A DNA stretch of 63,980 nt, counting the filler. It is 5 parts of 5 records of this genome, joined end to end, with 100 filler letters (N's around TTAATTAATTAA, not from the genome) between each part and the next. Parts side by side here need not be neighbours in the genome. Positions count along the whole stretch, not along the records: positions 1 to 15,312 come from SRR20825010_3320; 4 more parts are not named here. One strand, written 5' to 3'. The stretch's first letter is position 1; every line of letters starts with the position of its first letter. Below the pieces are notes generated by a model. That model had not been told where the DNA came from, searched no databases, and worked only from the letters and a program-made list of their open reading frames with translations. Position numbers and translations under genes: made by a program. This document shows, one piece after another, positions 1 to 10,775 of this stretch.

Positions 1-45
1 CTCCGAAGGCAGAGGCCAGAGGTTCGAATCCTCTCGGGTGCGCCA
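1..45 (+). tRNA. tRNA-Arg(CCG), 3' half (truncated by window start)
   Basis: Anticodon loop CT-CCG-AA, T-arm AGAGG-TTCGAAT-CCTCT, acceptor 3' strand ending in encoded CCA at 43-45. Confidence 0.85.
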
Positions 46-229
46 TTCGCAGGCTTCACCTTTCGCTTCGATATTTCAATCTCAGTATTTCAGTGAGGCT
101 ACCCGTTGCAGCGCCTGTGGCGCGTTGGTACCGCTTTGCGCAAAAAGTGCCTTTCATCACAAAACTGTCCGAGTTTGACCATAATTGTGCGCCAAGTTAC
201 CCTCTGATCATCATCATATGGGGGATATC

Positions 230-3200
230 ATGCGTAAGCGCCTTGCCTTATTTCTGTTGTTTATTGTCTCTTCAACAGCGTTTGCGCAAAACTCCTCACC
301 TGGCCAAATACCCGACATCATCAACCACGACGTAAGTGCTGATCGGCTGCTTGAGCGCGCGAAGGACCTGAAGGCGCGGCTTGAGAAATTACAGGCCGAC
401 GCACGCATTGAAGGCATGAGCCTTGAAGAAGTGCTGCGCCACCCGGCGCCGCCTGAAAATATCAGCACCTTTCGCACCCGGTACCTAAACGAGCTTGAGA
501 TTGCCCTTGCGCCCCAAGACCCTAAAACCTGGGCAAAGGCGGCGGGGCGTTTTATCAAGGCCGACAGGTTGGAGGATGGTGCCGCTGCAACCTGGCGGGC
601 CTATAGCCTGGCAACGATGGATACTGAACGCGCTGCTGCGCTTGATCTTATGACCACGCTGGCTTTGGCAGATGAAGAACCAGCCAAGGCCCGCAGCCTT
701 GTTGAATATGCCCTCATGCTTGACCCCAGCAAAGAACGCAAAAAGCATCTCGATGCTTTGGTCGCGCGACTGACGCTCAGGATTGCCGATGTTGCGATGG
801 ACGTGGAAGCGCGCACGCCACAAGCGTGTTTTGTGCTGTCTGAGACCTTGAGTAGAGCCTATGCGGATCGGGTGCAGGATTATGTTCGCCTTGAAGGCGC
901 GCGAGATATTGCCGTTCGCGCGGCGGGTAACAGGGTCTGCCTCTCCGGCCTGATGTATGGTGAAAGTTATACGGCAACCCTGCTCGCTGGCCTTGAAGGT
1001 GAGGAAGGCAGCAAGCTCTATAAGGATGAGAAGCGCACCTTCACGGTGCCGGATAGGGAGCCGCGTATCGCACTTGGTTCAGGCACCTATGTGTTGCCGC
1101 GTGTGGGGGATGAAACGGTACCCCTCAAAACGGTCAATCTGTCTTCCGTGAAGTTGAAGCTTTACCGGGTGTCAGACCGTGGTCTTGTGCCTTTCCTGAA
1201 CGCGGGGCTGCAGGAAGATAGTCTCTATGCCTGGGCTGAAGAAAAGCTTGGCGCGGAACTTGGGCGTTTGGTGTGGCAGGGCAGCGTTGCGGTTGAGAAT
1301 ACTCCCAACAAAGATGTCATCACCCTGATCCCGATCCGGGAAATGATCGAGCAATCGGAAGCGGGAATATACGCGCTGGTTACGGCGCAGCCTGATGAAG
1401 ACGAAGAAAATCGCTACCGCTACAACAGAAGCACGCAGTGGCTTCTGATCTCCGATCTCGGCCTCACCACCCTCACGGGTGAAGACGGCCTGCATGTTTT
1501 TGTGCATTCGCTTGAAAGTGCCAAGGCAATGCGGTCAGTCACGCTAAAACTGGTCGCTCGCGACAACAGCGTCCTGCAAACCGCAAAAACAGGCCGCGAC
1601 GGAGGTATCAGTTTTGCGGCCGCCTTGATGCGCGGTGAGGGCGGAGCCAGCCCTGCTGCGATCGTAGCGGAAACTGACAAGGGTGACTATGCATTCCTGA
1701 GCCTTTCAGGCCCGGCGCTTGACCTGAGCGACCGGGGCGCAAGTGGCCGACTGAGTGCAGGCCCGCTTGACGGTTTTCTTTTTTCCGAGCGCGGGGTCTA
1801 CCGGCCCGGCGAAGTGGTGCACCTGTCTGCCCTTTTGCGCGACGAACACGCCCGGGCGGTGCCGTCGCTGCCGCTTACTATGGTGGTGTACCGGCCGGAC
1901 GGTGTTGAAGCAAAGAAGGTTCCGCTGAATGGTGATGCGCTTGGCGGATATGAATATGATTATCAGCTCACACCCGGTGCGCGGACAGGCCTGTGGCGTG
2001 CATCCCTTCATGCTGATGACAAGGACCGCTCGATTGCGAACTACCGATTCAGGGTAGAGGATTTTGTGCCTGAGCGCCTTTCCACCAAACTTGAAATGGC
2101 GGCAGATACTATCCGCAAAGGCGAAGAGCTGGATGCCTTGGTGCAGGCTGATTTCCTCTATGGTGCACCGGCGGTGGACCTGAGCGGTTCGCTCAACATC
2201 ACACTGCAGGCGGATGACACACCGTTTGAGGATTATAGTGACTATCGTTTTGGTCTTGCGGCGGATGAGTTTACTTTCAGGCACGCTGGCCGGCAGGATT
2301 TTGTGACCAATGAGAAGGGTTCTGCGCGGGTGGCAATCTCGCTTGACAGTTTGCCTGATACGACACGGCCCCTCCGGGCAATGTTGAGTGCCGAGGTTAT
2401 AGATGTGGGCGGCAGGCCTGTTAGCCAAAGCGCGATGCTGCAGGTGAAAACCTCGCCGGTCCTTCTGGGCCTGAAGGCAGAAAACCAGGGTGGTTTCCAG
2501 GAGGGCGAGACCGCAAAGCTTGACCTTGTTGCCCTGTCAGATAGTGGGCAGCCGCTAGTGGGCAAGTCGGTGCGCACAGTGTGGGTGCGCGAGCATCATC
2601 AATATAATTGGTACAGGTTGCACGGCGACTGGCGTTTCCGCACCACAAGCTACGATGAAGTGCTGGGTGACGAAACCCTTGAAACCGGTGAAAACGGCAC
2701 ACTTGAACTTGAGCGGCTGTTACCTTCGGGGCGGTACCGGCTTGATGTGTTTGAGGAAGGTGGTGACGCAGCTACCAGCCTGCACGTGACTGTTGGGTGG
2801 TGGAGCCGGGGTACATCTCCAACCGTGCCGGATGGGCTAGAGTTGACCCTTGATAGTGCGGCGCTTAACGCTGGTGACAGGCTGCAGGGGTTTGTAAAAG
2901 CACCGTTTGAAGGCCGCGCGATTATTGCGGTGGTGAATGACCGTTTGATCACCCACAAAACCATCGAGTTGAGGAGCGATGGCGGAAAGTTTGACTTCAA
3001 GGTGGAGGCAGATTGGGGGCCGGGCGCTTACGTGCTCGCAACCGCCCTTCGGCCAGAGGCAGGGGCGCTTTCAAAGCTACCGGTGCGCGCTACAGGCCTC
3101 GCGTGGTTTTCGGTAGACCGTACTGCGCGAGTTAATACGCTTGAGATATATGCGCCTGATGTCACGCTGCCGGGTAAGCCCGTTGAGCTGCCGATCAAGG

Positions 3201-5470
3201 TAAAAGGCGGTAAACCGGGTGAGCGGATGAAAGTGATTATCGCGGCGGTTGATGAAGGCATTCTCAATATCACGCGTTTCAAATCCCCCAACCCGGATGC
3301 GTATTATTTTGCCAAGCGTGGTTTCGCGATGGATGTGCGTGACCTTTACGGTCGTCTGATCCGCACAGAAGAGGGTAACCGTGGCGTGTTACGCTCAGGC
3401 GGTGATGCCATAATGGTGACGGGTATGCGCGCCATGCTTTCGGAAGCGGATGAAGCGGATAACCTGTTTGCGGCTCTCAGGCGCACCACAAAAACGGTGG
3501 CGCTCATCAGGCGCGATGTTGAGCTGGATGATGCGGGCGCTGCTGTTGTGCGTTTTGATATGCCTGATTTTGCCGGTCGCCTGCGCCTGATGGCGGTGGC
3601 CTACGGTTTGAGCCAGGTGGGGTTGGGTGAAGCTGCTATGAAGGTGCGCACGCCCGTGGTGGCTGAGCTGATCCTGCCGCGTTTCCTCGCGCCGGGTGAC
3701 AAGGCACAGGCCACGCTGAGTGTACAGAATCTCTCAGGCGATGATGTCACTATTTCCAGTGCACTGGACGTTAATGGTGAGGCTGTTTCCCTTTCGGGCC
3801 AGCCTGCAACCTTTGATCTGGCAGACGGTGTGCGCCGTGACTTCCCGGTCCTTCTTGAAGGACACGCACCGGGTGACGTGAGCCTGTCACTTGCGCTTTC
3901 TGGTCAGGGCTTTGAGGATATTAACCGCCGCTGGGAAATCTCCGTCCGCCCCGCGTGGCCATACGCAACCAAACGCGAAAATAAGGCTATCGCACCCGGT
4001 GAAACCGTGATGATCTCACCTGGCGATATGGGCGAATTTTTCAAGAATACTGCGATGCAAACTATCACACTGGCCTCTCGCCCCAACCTTGCGGCGGATA
4101 GGCTCATGCAGTCGTTAAACGACTATGCCTACCGGTGTAGCGAGCAAACCGCATCGCGAGCTTTCTCTGCTCTCTATTATGATGCGCTCGCTAAAATTTA
4201 TGATCTGCCGATGACTAAAAGCGAGGGTCAAGGCCTGGTGGAGCGCGCGATTATCACTCTTACCGAACGCCAGCAAGACGATGGCAGTTTTGGAGTCTGG
4301 CATGTTCATGGCAGCTCCCGTGACTGGGTTGATGCTTATGTGACTGACTTTTTGGTGCGCGCAGGGCAGGCAGGATACAGTGTACCTGATGCGATCCTGT
4401 CGCTCTCCCTCGAACGTCTGCAGCAGATGGTGCGGCACCGTGGGCGTGGGCATCTGGAGGCAACGGCTTATTCGCTTTATGTGCTGGCCCGTGTTGGTGA
4501 TGTCGCGGCAAGCGAGGTTCGGTATTTTGCCGATCAGTTCTCCTCAAAGCTCAGGTCACCGCTGGCGTTGGCGCAGGTCGCTGCGAGCCTGAATTTGGTG
4601 GGTGAGACGGACCGTGCTGAAGATTTCTTTAAGCAAGCAAGCCGCATGGCGAGGGCCGAGAATTATTATACAGATTACGGCACCCCTGTGCGTGACCGTG
4701 CGGCCATGGCTGCACTGATTGCGGAGGTGATGAAATCCGCGCCTACTATGGCAGCGCTTGCGGACCAGCTCGAGCGCGATGTTGCAGAGAAAGCATGGCT
4801 GAGCACGCAGGAGATGGCGTGGATATCTCGCGCGGCTGCCGCATTCAGCGGGCCGGGGGAAACCCAACTTCGTGCTGCTGTTGGCGATGTGGCGGTCAAG
4901 GCAGTAACCGGGCTTTGGACAGGACGTATAGGTGAGGATGTACCCACAGGTGGACTGGTGGTCACCAACGAAGGCTCGACCGATATCAGGCTTATTCGTG
5001 CCCTGCGCGGTGTGCCAGCCCAAGCACCTGAGGCTGTTTCAAACGGGTTTGAGATCACACGAAACTATTTCGATATATCTGGCGCGCCGGTGGACCCGAA
5101 AACCGTGAAGCGGAACGACCGTATGGTGGTGTTGATCGAAGGCCAAGCAACCGCCAACGCGGTGCGCGATAGTTTGATCGTTGATATGCTACCAGCAGGA
5201 TTTGAGATTGAGACGACTGACGTTGGCGCGGTTGATTTTCTGCCCACCTTGTCAAACGCTGAGTTTACCGATGCGCGCGATGATCGTTTTGTGGCTGTTG
5301 TGCAGCTTGGGGAAAACACGGGTTGGCGCAAATCTCGTTTTCGGGTTGCTTATATTGTTCGGGCTATCACACCCGGTGAGTTTGTCCTGCCCGGCACATT
5401 TGTTGAAGACATGTATCAACCCCAGTACCACGCGCAGGACACTGCAGTGCGCATGGAAGTGCGGCCCTGA
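230..5470 (+). CDS. Bacterial alpha-2-macroglobulin family protein (YfhM-like)
   Basis: About 1750 aa with signal peptide MRKRLALFLLFIVSSTAFA; MG motifs ERGVYRPGE, FRVEDFVPER, AAVDEGIL; thioester motif CSEQ; C-terminal RDDRFV and VEDMY; followed by pbpC. Start placed at ATG 230. Confidence 0.93.
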   Translation: MRKRLALFLLFIVSSTAFAQNSSPGQIPDIINHDVSADRLLERAKDLKARLEKLQADARIEGMSLEEVLRHPAPPENISTFRTRYLNELEIALAPQDPKTWAKAAGRFIKADRLEDGAAATWRAYSLATMDTERAAALDLMTTLALADEEPAKARSLVEYALMLDPSKERKKHLDALVARLTLRIADVAMDVEARTPQACFVLSETLSRAYADRVQDYVRLEGARDIAVRAAGNRVCLSGLMYGESYTATLLAGLEGEEGSKLYKDEKRTFTVPDREPRIALGSGTYVLPRVGDETVPLKTVNLSSVKLKLYRVSDRGLVPFLNAGLQEDSLYAWAEEKLGAELGRLVWQGSVAVENTPNKDVITLIPIREMIEQSEAGIYALVTAQPDEDEENRYRYNRSTQWLLISDLGLTTLTGEDGLHVFVHSLESAKAMRSVTLKLVARDNSVLQTAKTGRDGGISFAAALMRGEGGASPAAIVAETDKGDYAFLSLSGPALDLSDRGASGRLSAGPLDGFLFSERGVYRPGEVVHLSALLRDEHARAVPSLPLTMVVYRPDGVEAKKVPLNGDALGGYEYDYQLTPGARTGLWRASLHADDKDRSIANYRFRVEDFVPERLSTKLEMAADTIRKGEELDALVQADFLYGAPAVDLSGSLNITLQADDTPFEDYSDYRFGLAADEFTFRHAGRQDFVTNEKGSARVAISLDSLPDTTRPLRAMLSAEVIDVGGRPVSQSAMLQVKTSPVLLGLKAENQGGFQEGETAKLDLVALSDSGQPLVGKSVRTVWVREHHQYNWYRLHGDWRFRTTSYDEVLGDETLETGENGTLELERLLPSGRYRLDVFEEGGDAATSLHVTVGWWSRGTSPTVPDGLELTLDSAALNAGDRLQGFVKAPFEGRAIIAVVNDRLITHKTIELRSDGGKFDFKVEADWGPGAYVLATALRPEAGALSKLPVRATGLAWFSVDRTARVNTLEIYAPDVTLPGKPVELPIKVKGGKPGERMKVIIAAVDEGILNITRFKSPNPDAYYFAKRGFAMDVRDLYGRLIRTEEGNRGVLRSGGDAIMVTGMRAMLSEADEADNLFAALRRTTKTVALIRRDVELDDAGAAVVRFDMPDFAGRLRLMAVAYGLSQVGLGEAAMKVRTPVVAELILPRFLAPGDKAQATLSVQNLSGDDVTISSALDVNGEAVSLSGQPATFDLADGVRRDFPVLLEGHAPGDVSLSLALSGQGFEDINRRWEISVRPAWPYATKRENKAIAPGETVMISPGDMGEFFKNTAMQTITLASRPNLAADRLMQSLNDYAYRCSEQTASRAFSALYYDALAKIYDLPMTKSEGQGLVERAIITLTERQQDDGSFGVWHVHGSSRDWVDAYVTDFLVRAGQAGYSVPDAILSLSLERLQQMVRHRGRGHLEATAYSLYVLARVGDVAASEVRYFADQFSSKLRSPLALAQVAASLNLVGETDRAEDFFKQASRMARAENYYTDYGTPVRDRAAMAALIAEVMKSAPTMAALADQLERDVAEKAWLSTQEMAWISRAAAAFSGPGETQLRAAVGDVAVKAVTGLWTGRIGEDVPTGGLVVTNEGSTDIRLIRALRGVPAQAPEAVSNGFEITRNYFDISGAPVDPKTVKRNDRMVVLIEGQATANAVRDSLIVDMLPAGFEIETTDVGAVDFLPTLSNAEFTDARDDRFVAVVQLGENTGWRKSRFRVAYIVRAITPGEFVLPGTFVEDMYQPQYHAQDTAVRMEVRP

Positions 5471-7623
5471 TGCCCTGGCACCTGAACCGAAGTGGTCGGT
5501 GGCCTGCAGCCTACCTTGCAGGCTTTGTCATCGGCTGCATCGCTTTGGTTGCGATTATCGATAGGATCAATCCGCCCGATATGACGCGGTTTGAAACCCG
5601 GTCGGTTGAAGTTAGAGCAAGCGACGGCAGTTTGCTGAGGGCCTTTCCGGTGGAAGATGGTCGGCTGCGGCAGCAGGTGACGCTTGAAGAAGTTGATCCT
5701 CTGTTCATTAGCATGCTGTTGGCGTTTGAAGACAAGCGCTTTTACACTCATGGTGGTGTGGATGCGCGCGCCCTCATACGGGCGCTGTATCAGGCCGCAG
5801 CAAACGGTGAAATCGTTTCGGGGGCGTCGACATTGACCATGCAGGTCGCGCGCCTTCTGGAGCCGCGACCACGCACCATAGGTGCCAAAATTATTGAGAT
5901 GTTCCGTGCATGGCAGCTTGAATGGCGGTTCAGCAAAAGGCAGATCCTTGAGATTTATCTTACGCTCGCACCCTATGGCGGCAACCTCGAAGGTATCAAG
6001 GCAGCGAGCGTCGCCTACCTCGGCCACGACACCAGACATATGACACCGGAAGAAGCAGCCCTTCTAGTGGCATTGCCTCAATCACCCACCCGGTTGCGGC
6101 CGGACCGCCACAGCGATGCTGCGTTTACGGCGCGCAACAAGGTGCTCAGACGTGTGGCGCCAATCATTGGTCTTGATGCGCACCTTGCCGATCTGGCGGC
6201 CAAGGTACCCGTGGGAGCCAAAAGGTATAGGCCCGCTATTATTGCACCTCATGCTTCGAGCCGTTTGCGCTTTGCACGTTCAGGCACCGACGTGGTGATC
6301 AATACAACCCTTGATATCAGCCTGCAAAAGCGCCTTGAGCATCTTGCCCAAGGTGGCGCACGCCGGGTACATGAACAGGCGAGTGCGGCCATACTCGTAG
6401 TAGATAACAGGAGCCGTACTGTCCTGGCTTATGTCGGTTCTGCAGGCATTGGTGAAAAGCGCCGCCTTGGGTATGTGGACATGGTGCGCGCGGTGCGCTC
6501 GCCCGGGTCAACGCTCAAGCCTTTCATTTACGGGATGGCGTTTGACGAGGGCTTGGCCGCGCCTGAAACCCGCCTTCGTGACGAGCCGCGAAACTTTGGT
6601 GGTTATACGCCAAGCAACTTCCATGATCGCCATTACGGCGAAGTGAGCATCGCGGAAGCGTTGATACGGTCGCTCAACATCCCTGCTGTTGCGGTGCTGG
6701 ACCGGGTTGGCCCTGTCGTGTTCACCCAAAGGTTACAGGACCAAGGCGTACCGCTTGCGCTACCTGGCACTGAAGTGCCTGGCCTCGCGATCGCGCTTGG
6801 TGGCCTTGGTATGACGCTTGAAGACCTGACGGCTATGTATGCGGCCCTTGCGGATGACGGTGTGGTGAAACCCTTGGGGCTGCTGCCTGACCGGCGCAGT
6901 GATGCCGTGACAGGCCAACCTTTGTTGCGCCAGCCAGCACGGCACGCTGTTGCTCGTATTCTTGCGGGTATTCGGCCACCGGAAGGCAGGCTGGTTGCAA
7001 CAGCGCCGGTGCGACAGATAGCGTATAAAACCGGTACCAGTTATGGCTTCCGTGACGCTTGGGCCATCGGCTTTGACCGGGACTATACGGTGGGTGTGTG
7101 GCTGGGCCGCGCGGACGGTACACCTATACTCGGACATTTCGGCGTATCAAGCGCTGCGCCCGTGCTGTTTGATGTTTTTGATCATTTGGAAAAAAGTGCG
7201 CCTGCGCCTTGGGCGGAGACCATTGAGGCCACATATGCGAACCTGAATTTTCAAGCTCTGCCGCCGGGCCTCAAATATTTTGACCGGGCCGAACGATTGA
7301 TTGAAGTGGGAGCTCATGTGCCAAACCTCAATATTGCCTTTCCGGCACCCGAAAGCGTGCTGGAGATCACGGGCGATACAACGCCGCTCACGCTGTTGGC
7401 TCACGGAGGCAAGCGGCCGCTGCAGTGGTTTGTGGACGGTGTGCCGCTGCCCTCCAGCCGCTGGGCTCGTAAAGCGTCATATCAACTTCAAAGTGAGGGT
7501 TTTTATAGTGTGACAGTCGTTGATGCACTTGGCCAACGATCAGTTGCAAAAATCCGGGCGGTACGGCAAAGCGCCCCAGGGTTTGAAGGAAAACTTGGTG
7601 TCCTTACACCGGTAGCTGATTAG
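5470..7623 (+). CDS. pbpC: Penicillin-binding protein 1C
   Basis: Transglycosylase motifs EDKRFYTHGGVD and GASTLTMQVAR; transpeptidase SxxK (STLK), SLN, KTGT; C-terminal PBP1C domain; TGATG coupling to the macroglobulin gene. Confidence 0.93.
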   Translation: MPWHLNRSGRWPAAYLAGFVIGCIALVAIIDRINPPDMTRFETRSVEVRASDGSLLRAFPVEDGRLRQQVTLEEVDPLFISMLLAFEDKRFYTHGGVDARALIRALYQAAANGEIVSGASTLTMQVARLLEPRPRTIGAKIIEMFRAWQLEWRFSKRQILEIYLTLAPYGGNLEGIKAASVAYLGHDTRHMTPEEAALLVALPQSPTRLRPDRHSDAAFTARNKVLRRVAPIIGLDAHLADLAAKVPVGAKRYRPAIIAPHASSRLRFARSGTDVVINTTLDISLQKRLEHLAQGGARRVHEQASAAILVVDNRSRTVLAYVGSAGIGEKRRLGYVDMVRAVRSPGSTLKPFIYGMAFDEGLAAPETRLRDEPRNFGGYTPSNFHDRHYGEVSIAEALIRSLNIPAVAVLDRVGPVVFTQRLQDQGVPLALPGTEVPGLAIALGGLGMTLEDLTAMYAALADDGVVKPLGLLPDRRSDAVTGQPLLRQPARHAVARILAGIRPPEGRLVATAPVRQIAYKTGTSYGFRDAWAIGFDRDYTVGVWLGRADGTPILGHFGVSSAAPVLFDVFDHLEKSAPAPWAETIEATYANLNFQALPPGLKYFDRAERLIEVGAHVPNLNIAFPAPESVLEITGDTTPLTLLAHGGKRPLQWFVDGVPLPSSRWARKASYQLQSEGFYSVTVVDALGQRSVAKIRAVRQSAPGFEGKLGVLTPVAD

Positions 7624-9137
7624 GGGCGACAGATCAGGCGGAAGCCAACGGCCTTTGACCGCGTGTCAACATCAAACGCTTCCCTTGCCAGGGCGGCAAG
7701 CACCAGCGGCACCGTCGAATTGGTGGCGCCGCGCACTACACCAACTGCACAATTCTCGTTTGTGTCGGCGCCTCCGGCAAATTGGTCGCTCCAGCAGTCA
7801 TTTGTCCATTCGGCGGCGTTCCCCAGCATATCAAAAAGCCCAAAGCTGTTGGCAGAGAATTGACCAACAGGGAAGGTTGCGTCAGCGCCAGCTTTGTCGT
7901 CACAGTCAGGGCAGGTTTGGCCCGCTTTCTCAAAGGCTGCACGAGGGGCAGAGACAAGGCTGTTCAGGCCCCGTGCCATATAGGCCCATTCCACTTCTGA
8001 CGGCAGACCCCATGTGCCTAGGCCGCCCGCTTCACGCCACTTTGCATTCAGCCACGCTGTATACTCGGTAACATCCTGACGGCTAACATTGATGACAGGG
8101 CGGTTTTTCCGGCCCCATCCTTCGTCGTTTGGTTCCGTGTTTGTGCAGGCACCGTCTTCCGCACATTTGGCCCACTGCTCGAAGGTGACCTCATAGGCCA
8201 TTGCAATGAATGGCTGTGATATCTCGAAAACACGGGGTGCGGACCTCACATCCTTCGTGGACGGCGCGCGGTAGATATAGGACCCTGAAGGTATGCGCAC
8301 GGTCCGGCCCGTTAAGTCGCGTTGTGGTGCCTTTTCTTGTGCCATTTTGAGCGTGCGGCGAGCCTCTGCGCTGAAGCTGCCGCGCGGGTAGACAGCCAGA
8401 AAATTACGGATAGCCCGCTCGGACCCATCTGCTTTGGCTTTGGCGAAAGCGAGTGCTTCTTCGCGCTGGGTGGCTTGCTCCCAGAACACGCCCCGTGGGT
8501 AATTTTTCAGGTAGCTTTGATAGCTTAAGGGTGTGTTTTGCTGGCGCGCTTCTCGATACGCCGCGAGGTCAGCACTTCTCTGTGCATCTTGTAGGTATTT
8601 ACCCTTGGGCCAGTAGTCCAGATAACGTTTGTAGGAAATTTCAACGTTCACTTCTTTTGCGCGGCGAAAGCTCATGAAGTCAGCGGCATCTACGTTCTGG
8701 CTGGCGGGATAGGCGTCCCGGAACGCGGCGTAGGCAAAGACGGTGTGGGTTTTCTGGGCATACTCAAAGGCGGATTTCTCGGAAGCGGCGAAAGCCGCAA
8801 GCGCATCTTCGATGGTCTTTTTCAGTTGGCCAGCTTCTTCAGGAAACCCACCTGTGCCGTGGAAGAGATGGTAACGGTCGATCAGCGTTTTCGCGCGGGC
8901 ATACTGGCCGCTACCAAAGGCCGCGCGTGCCGCAAAATAATATAGGTCCTGATCCGGGCGGCGGCTGTCGTCTATCAGCTTGGTGATGATTTGATCGGCG
9001 TAACGAAACCGCCCCGCATCAAGTGCACTTAACACATCTGTCAGGGTCTCGACCCCGGAAGGTTCGGCAAAATCAGCCGTCTCAGTGGCCGCCACCAGAA
9101 AAAAGCTCAAAACCAAAACCATCAGACGCTGTGCCAT
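7620..9137 (-). CDS. Exported protein with TPR-like region, YPxG helical repeats and C-terminal FGE/SUMF1 (sulfatase-modifying factor-like) domain
   Basis: Signal peptide; motifs YEVTFEQW, RPVINVS, LPSEVEWAYMAR, NSFGLFDMLGNAAEW, VGFRL. Confidence 0.85.
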   Translation of the reverse strand: MAQRLMVLVLSFFLVAATETADFAEPSGVETLTDVLSALDAGRFRYADQIITKLIDDSRRPDQDLYYFAARAAFGSGQYARAKTLIDRYHLFHGTGGFPEEAGQLKKTIEDALAAFAASEKSAFEYAQKTHTVFAYAAFRDAYPASQNVDAADFMSFRRAKEVNVEISYKRYLDYWPKGKYLQDAQRSADLAAYREARQQNTPLSYQSYLKNYPRGVFWEQATQREEALAFAKAKADGSERAIRNFLAVYPRGSFSAEARRTLKMAQEKAPQRDLTGRTVRIPSGSYIYRAPSTKDVRSAPRVFEISQPFIAMAYEVTFEQWAKCAEDGACTNTEPNDEGWGRKNRPVINVSRQDVTEYTAWLNAKWREAGGLGTWGLPSEVEWAYMARGLNSLVSAPRAAFEKAGQTCPDCDDKAGADATFPVGQFSANSFGLFDMLGNAAEWTNDCWSDQFAGGADTNENCAVGVVRGATNSTVPLVLAALAREAFDVDTRSKAVGFRLICRP

Positions 9138-9245
9138 CAGCTATGTCTCCCGTGATGAATGCGAGAACAGCGTAGGGGCAGAATGTGGCAATTCGCCAGC
9201 AAAAACGCCGCGTGCTGTATTATAAGGTTTTGAGCTAGTGTCAGG

Positions 9246-10244
9246 TTAACAGTGGATTTTGCCAAACAGGCGTAATCTGCTGATGCCACCGTCCGGGTAA
9301 ATATTGATCCGGACATGACTGATGGGGCCACAGCCTGCAAGCGGCCTCAGGTGATGCTCATTGTCGGCAGATAACGGTTGCTTGTCGAGAAGCTCGGCCC
9401 AGAACTGGCTTTGCACAGGCAGGCTATCGTCCGTTCCACCATCAACGAGTGCACCTTGAAGCGAAATATGGCTTGGGAAATTGCCTTTGAAAAAGGCTGT
9501 GTCCACAAGGATATCCTCAATGGTGCCCACATGGCCGAGGGCGAGGATCGCCCAGTCGTTGCCGGGTTCCCGTCGTCTGCGGGTCTCCCAACCGTCTCCC
9601 ATATTGAGGCCTTTACCGGGCAGGGTGATGTTGGAGAGCACGCCAAAATGTTCATCGTTGGCCACAATCGCGCGACCACCGTTTTCCATCGCCAGCAGGT
9701 CGAGCGTTTCATCCTCACTAACCGCAGACCAGTCTTTGTCCATAACGCCATACACGCGCAGGCGCGCGACGCCGCCATCCGGGTATATGTTCAGCCGAAG
9801 GTGAGTCCATGCGGTATCACTTTTAACAGCGATCATATGATGGCTGTTGCCGTTAAGGTTGGTGGCGGGGACCAGCTCGGTCCAGACCGTGTTGTCACCC
9901 GGCACATCACTGCGGGCGACACAGGCATCAATGCTGGCGGCGGGCGGAAAGTTGCCGGTGAAATGGCTGGTGTCGATATCAACCCCTTTCACATAACCGG
10001 GGCCGCCAAGCCGGATGATGGCGTGATCATACCCCGTGCCGCGTTTGCGGCGGCTTTCCCAGCCGTCCATCCATTTGCCGTTGTCGTCATATTTACCTGG
10101 GATAAACACGGCGTCTGCCGGATCAATCAGGCGCGCTTTATCAGCAAAAAAATCATCTGTTGCAAAGGTGACTTCGGCGCCGATGCGGGGGTTGGCGAGG
10201 TTGACAAACTGGCGGCTGAACGATGTGTCAGACATGGGTTTCAC
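9246..10244 (-). CDS. alc: Allantoicase
   Basis: Duplicated domain with DGWESRRKR / DGWETRRRR and [11 protein letters not shown] / [11 protein letters not shown]. Confidence 0.95.
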   Translation of the reverse strand: MKPMSDTSFSRQFVNLANPRIGAEVTFATDDFFADKARLIDPADAVFIPGKYDDNGKWMDGWESRRKRGTGYDHAIIRLGGPGYVKGVDIDTSHFTGNFPPAASIDACVARSDVPGDNTVWTELVPATNLNGNSHHMIAVKSDTAWTHLRLNIYPDGGVARLRVYGVMDKDWSAVSEDETLDLLAMENGGRAIVANDEHFGVLSNITLPGKGLNMGDGWETRRRREPGNDWAILALGHVGTIEDILVDTAFFKGNFPSHISLQGALVDGGTDDSLPVQSQFWAELLDKQPLSADNEHHLRPLAGCGPISHVRINIYPDGGISRLRLFGKIHC

Positions 10245-10253
10245 TTTCCGGTG

Positions 10254-10775
10254 TTATGAGCAGAGATCGGCAAGGCGGAAGCTTGCAATCTTGTGAATTT
10301 CTGTGAGGGCCGTTTCAAACTCAAGCGCGCGGTCATGGTTCAGGCGGGCACGAAAGGCCGCGAGAATGCTGTGACGGTCATGCCCTTTTACCGCGATGAT
10401 AAAGGGGAAACCGAATTTTTTCTTATAGGCTTTGTTAAGTGTTTGAAACTCAGCGAATTCTTCCGGGCTGCAGGTATCTAGTCCGGCGCCTTTTTGTTCG
10501 GATTTAGACTCGTCTGTCAGTTCACCGCGCACGGCGGCCTTGCCTGCAAGATCCGGGTGCGCGCAGATAAGTCTGAGTTTCGCGGGTTCATCTGCAGCCT
10601 CAACAGCATTTCGCATGGCGTCATGCAGGGCATCTGCGACGTCGAGGTTATCACCGTTTTTGACCTGCCATGCGGCTTCGGCAATCCAAGCGGAATGTTC
10701 GTAAATGCCGCCATATGTTTCCATGAAGGCTTCTTTGGTGGCTTTGCTTGGGCGAATTTTCAGTATATCGCTCAT
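10254..10775 (-). CDS. uraD: OHCU decarboxylase
   Basis: YEHSAWIAE, AHPDLAGK, SKSEQKGAGL, KFGFPFIIAVKG, EIHKIA motifs. Confidence 0.93.
   Translation of the reverse strand: MSDILKIRPSKATKEAFMETYGGIYEHSAWIAEAAWQVKNGDNLDVADALHDAMRNAVEAADEPAKLRLICAHPDLAGKAAVRGELTDESKSEQKGAGLDTCSPEEFAEFQTLNKAYKKKFGFPFIIAVKGHDRHSILAAFRARLNHDRALEFETALTEIHKIASFRLADLCS

Noticed and set aside
1-230. tRNA-Arg as a genomic-island attachment site
   Set aside because: No integrase or duplicated tRNA 3' end was found in the contig.
7620-7760. FGE/CLec C-termini (also 63843-63980) as diversity-generating retroelement targets
   Set aside because: No reverse transcriptase or template repeat is visible in either contig.
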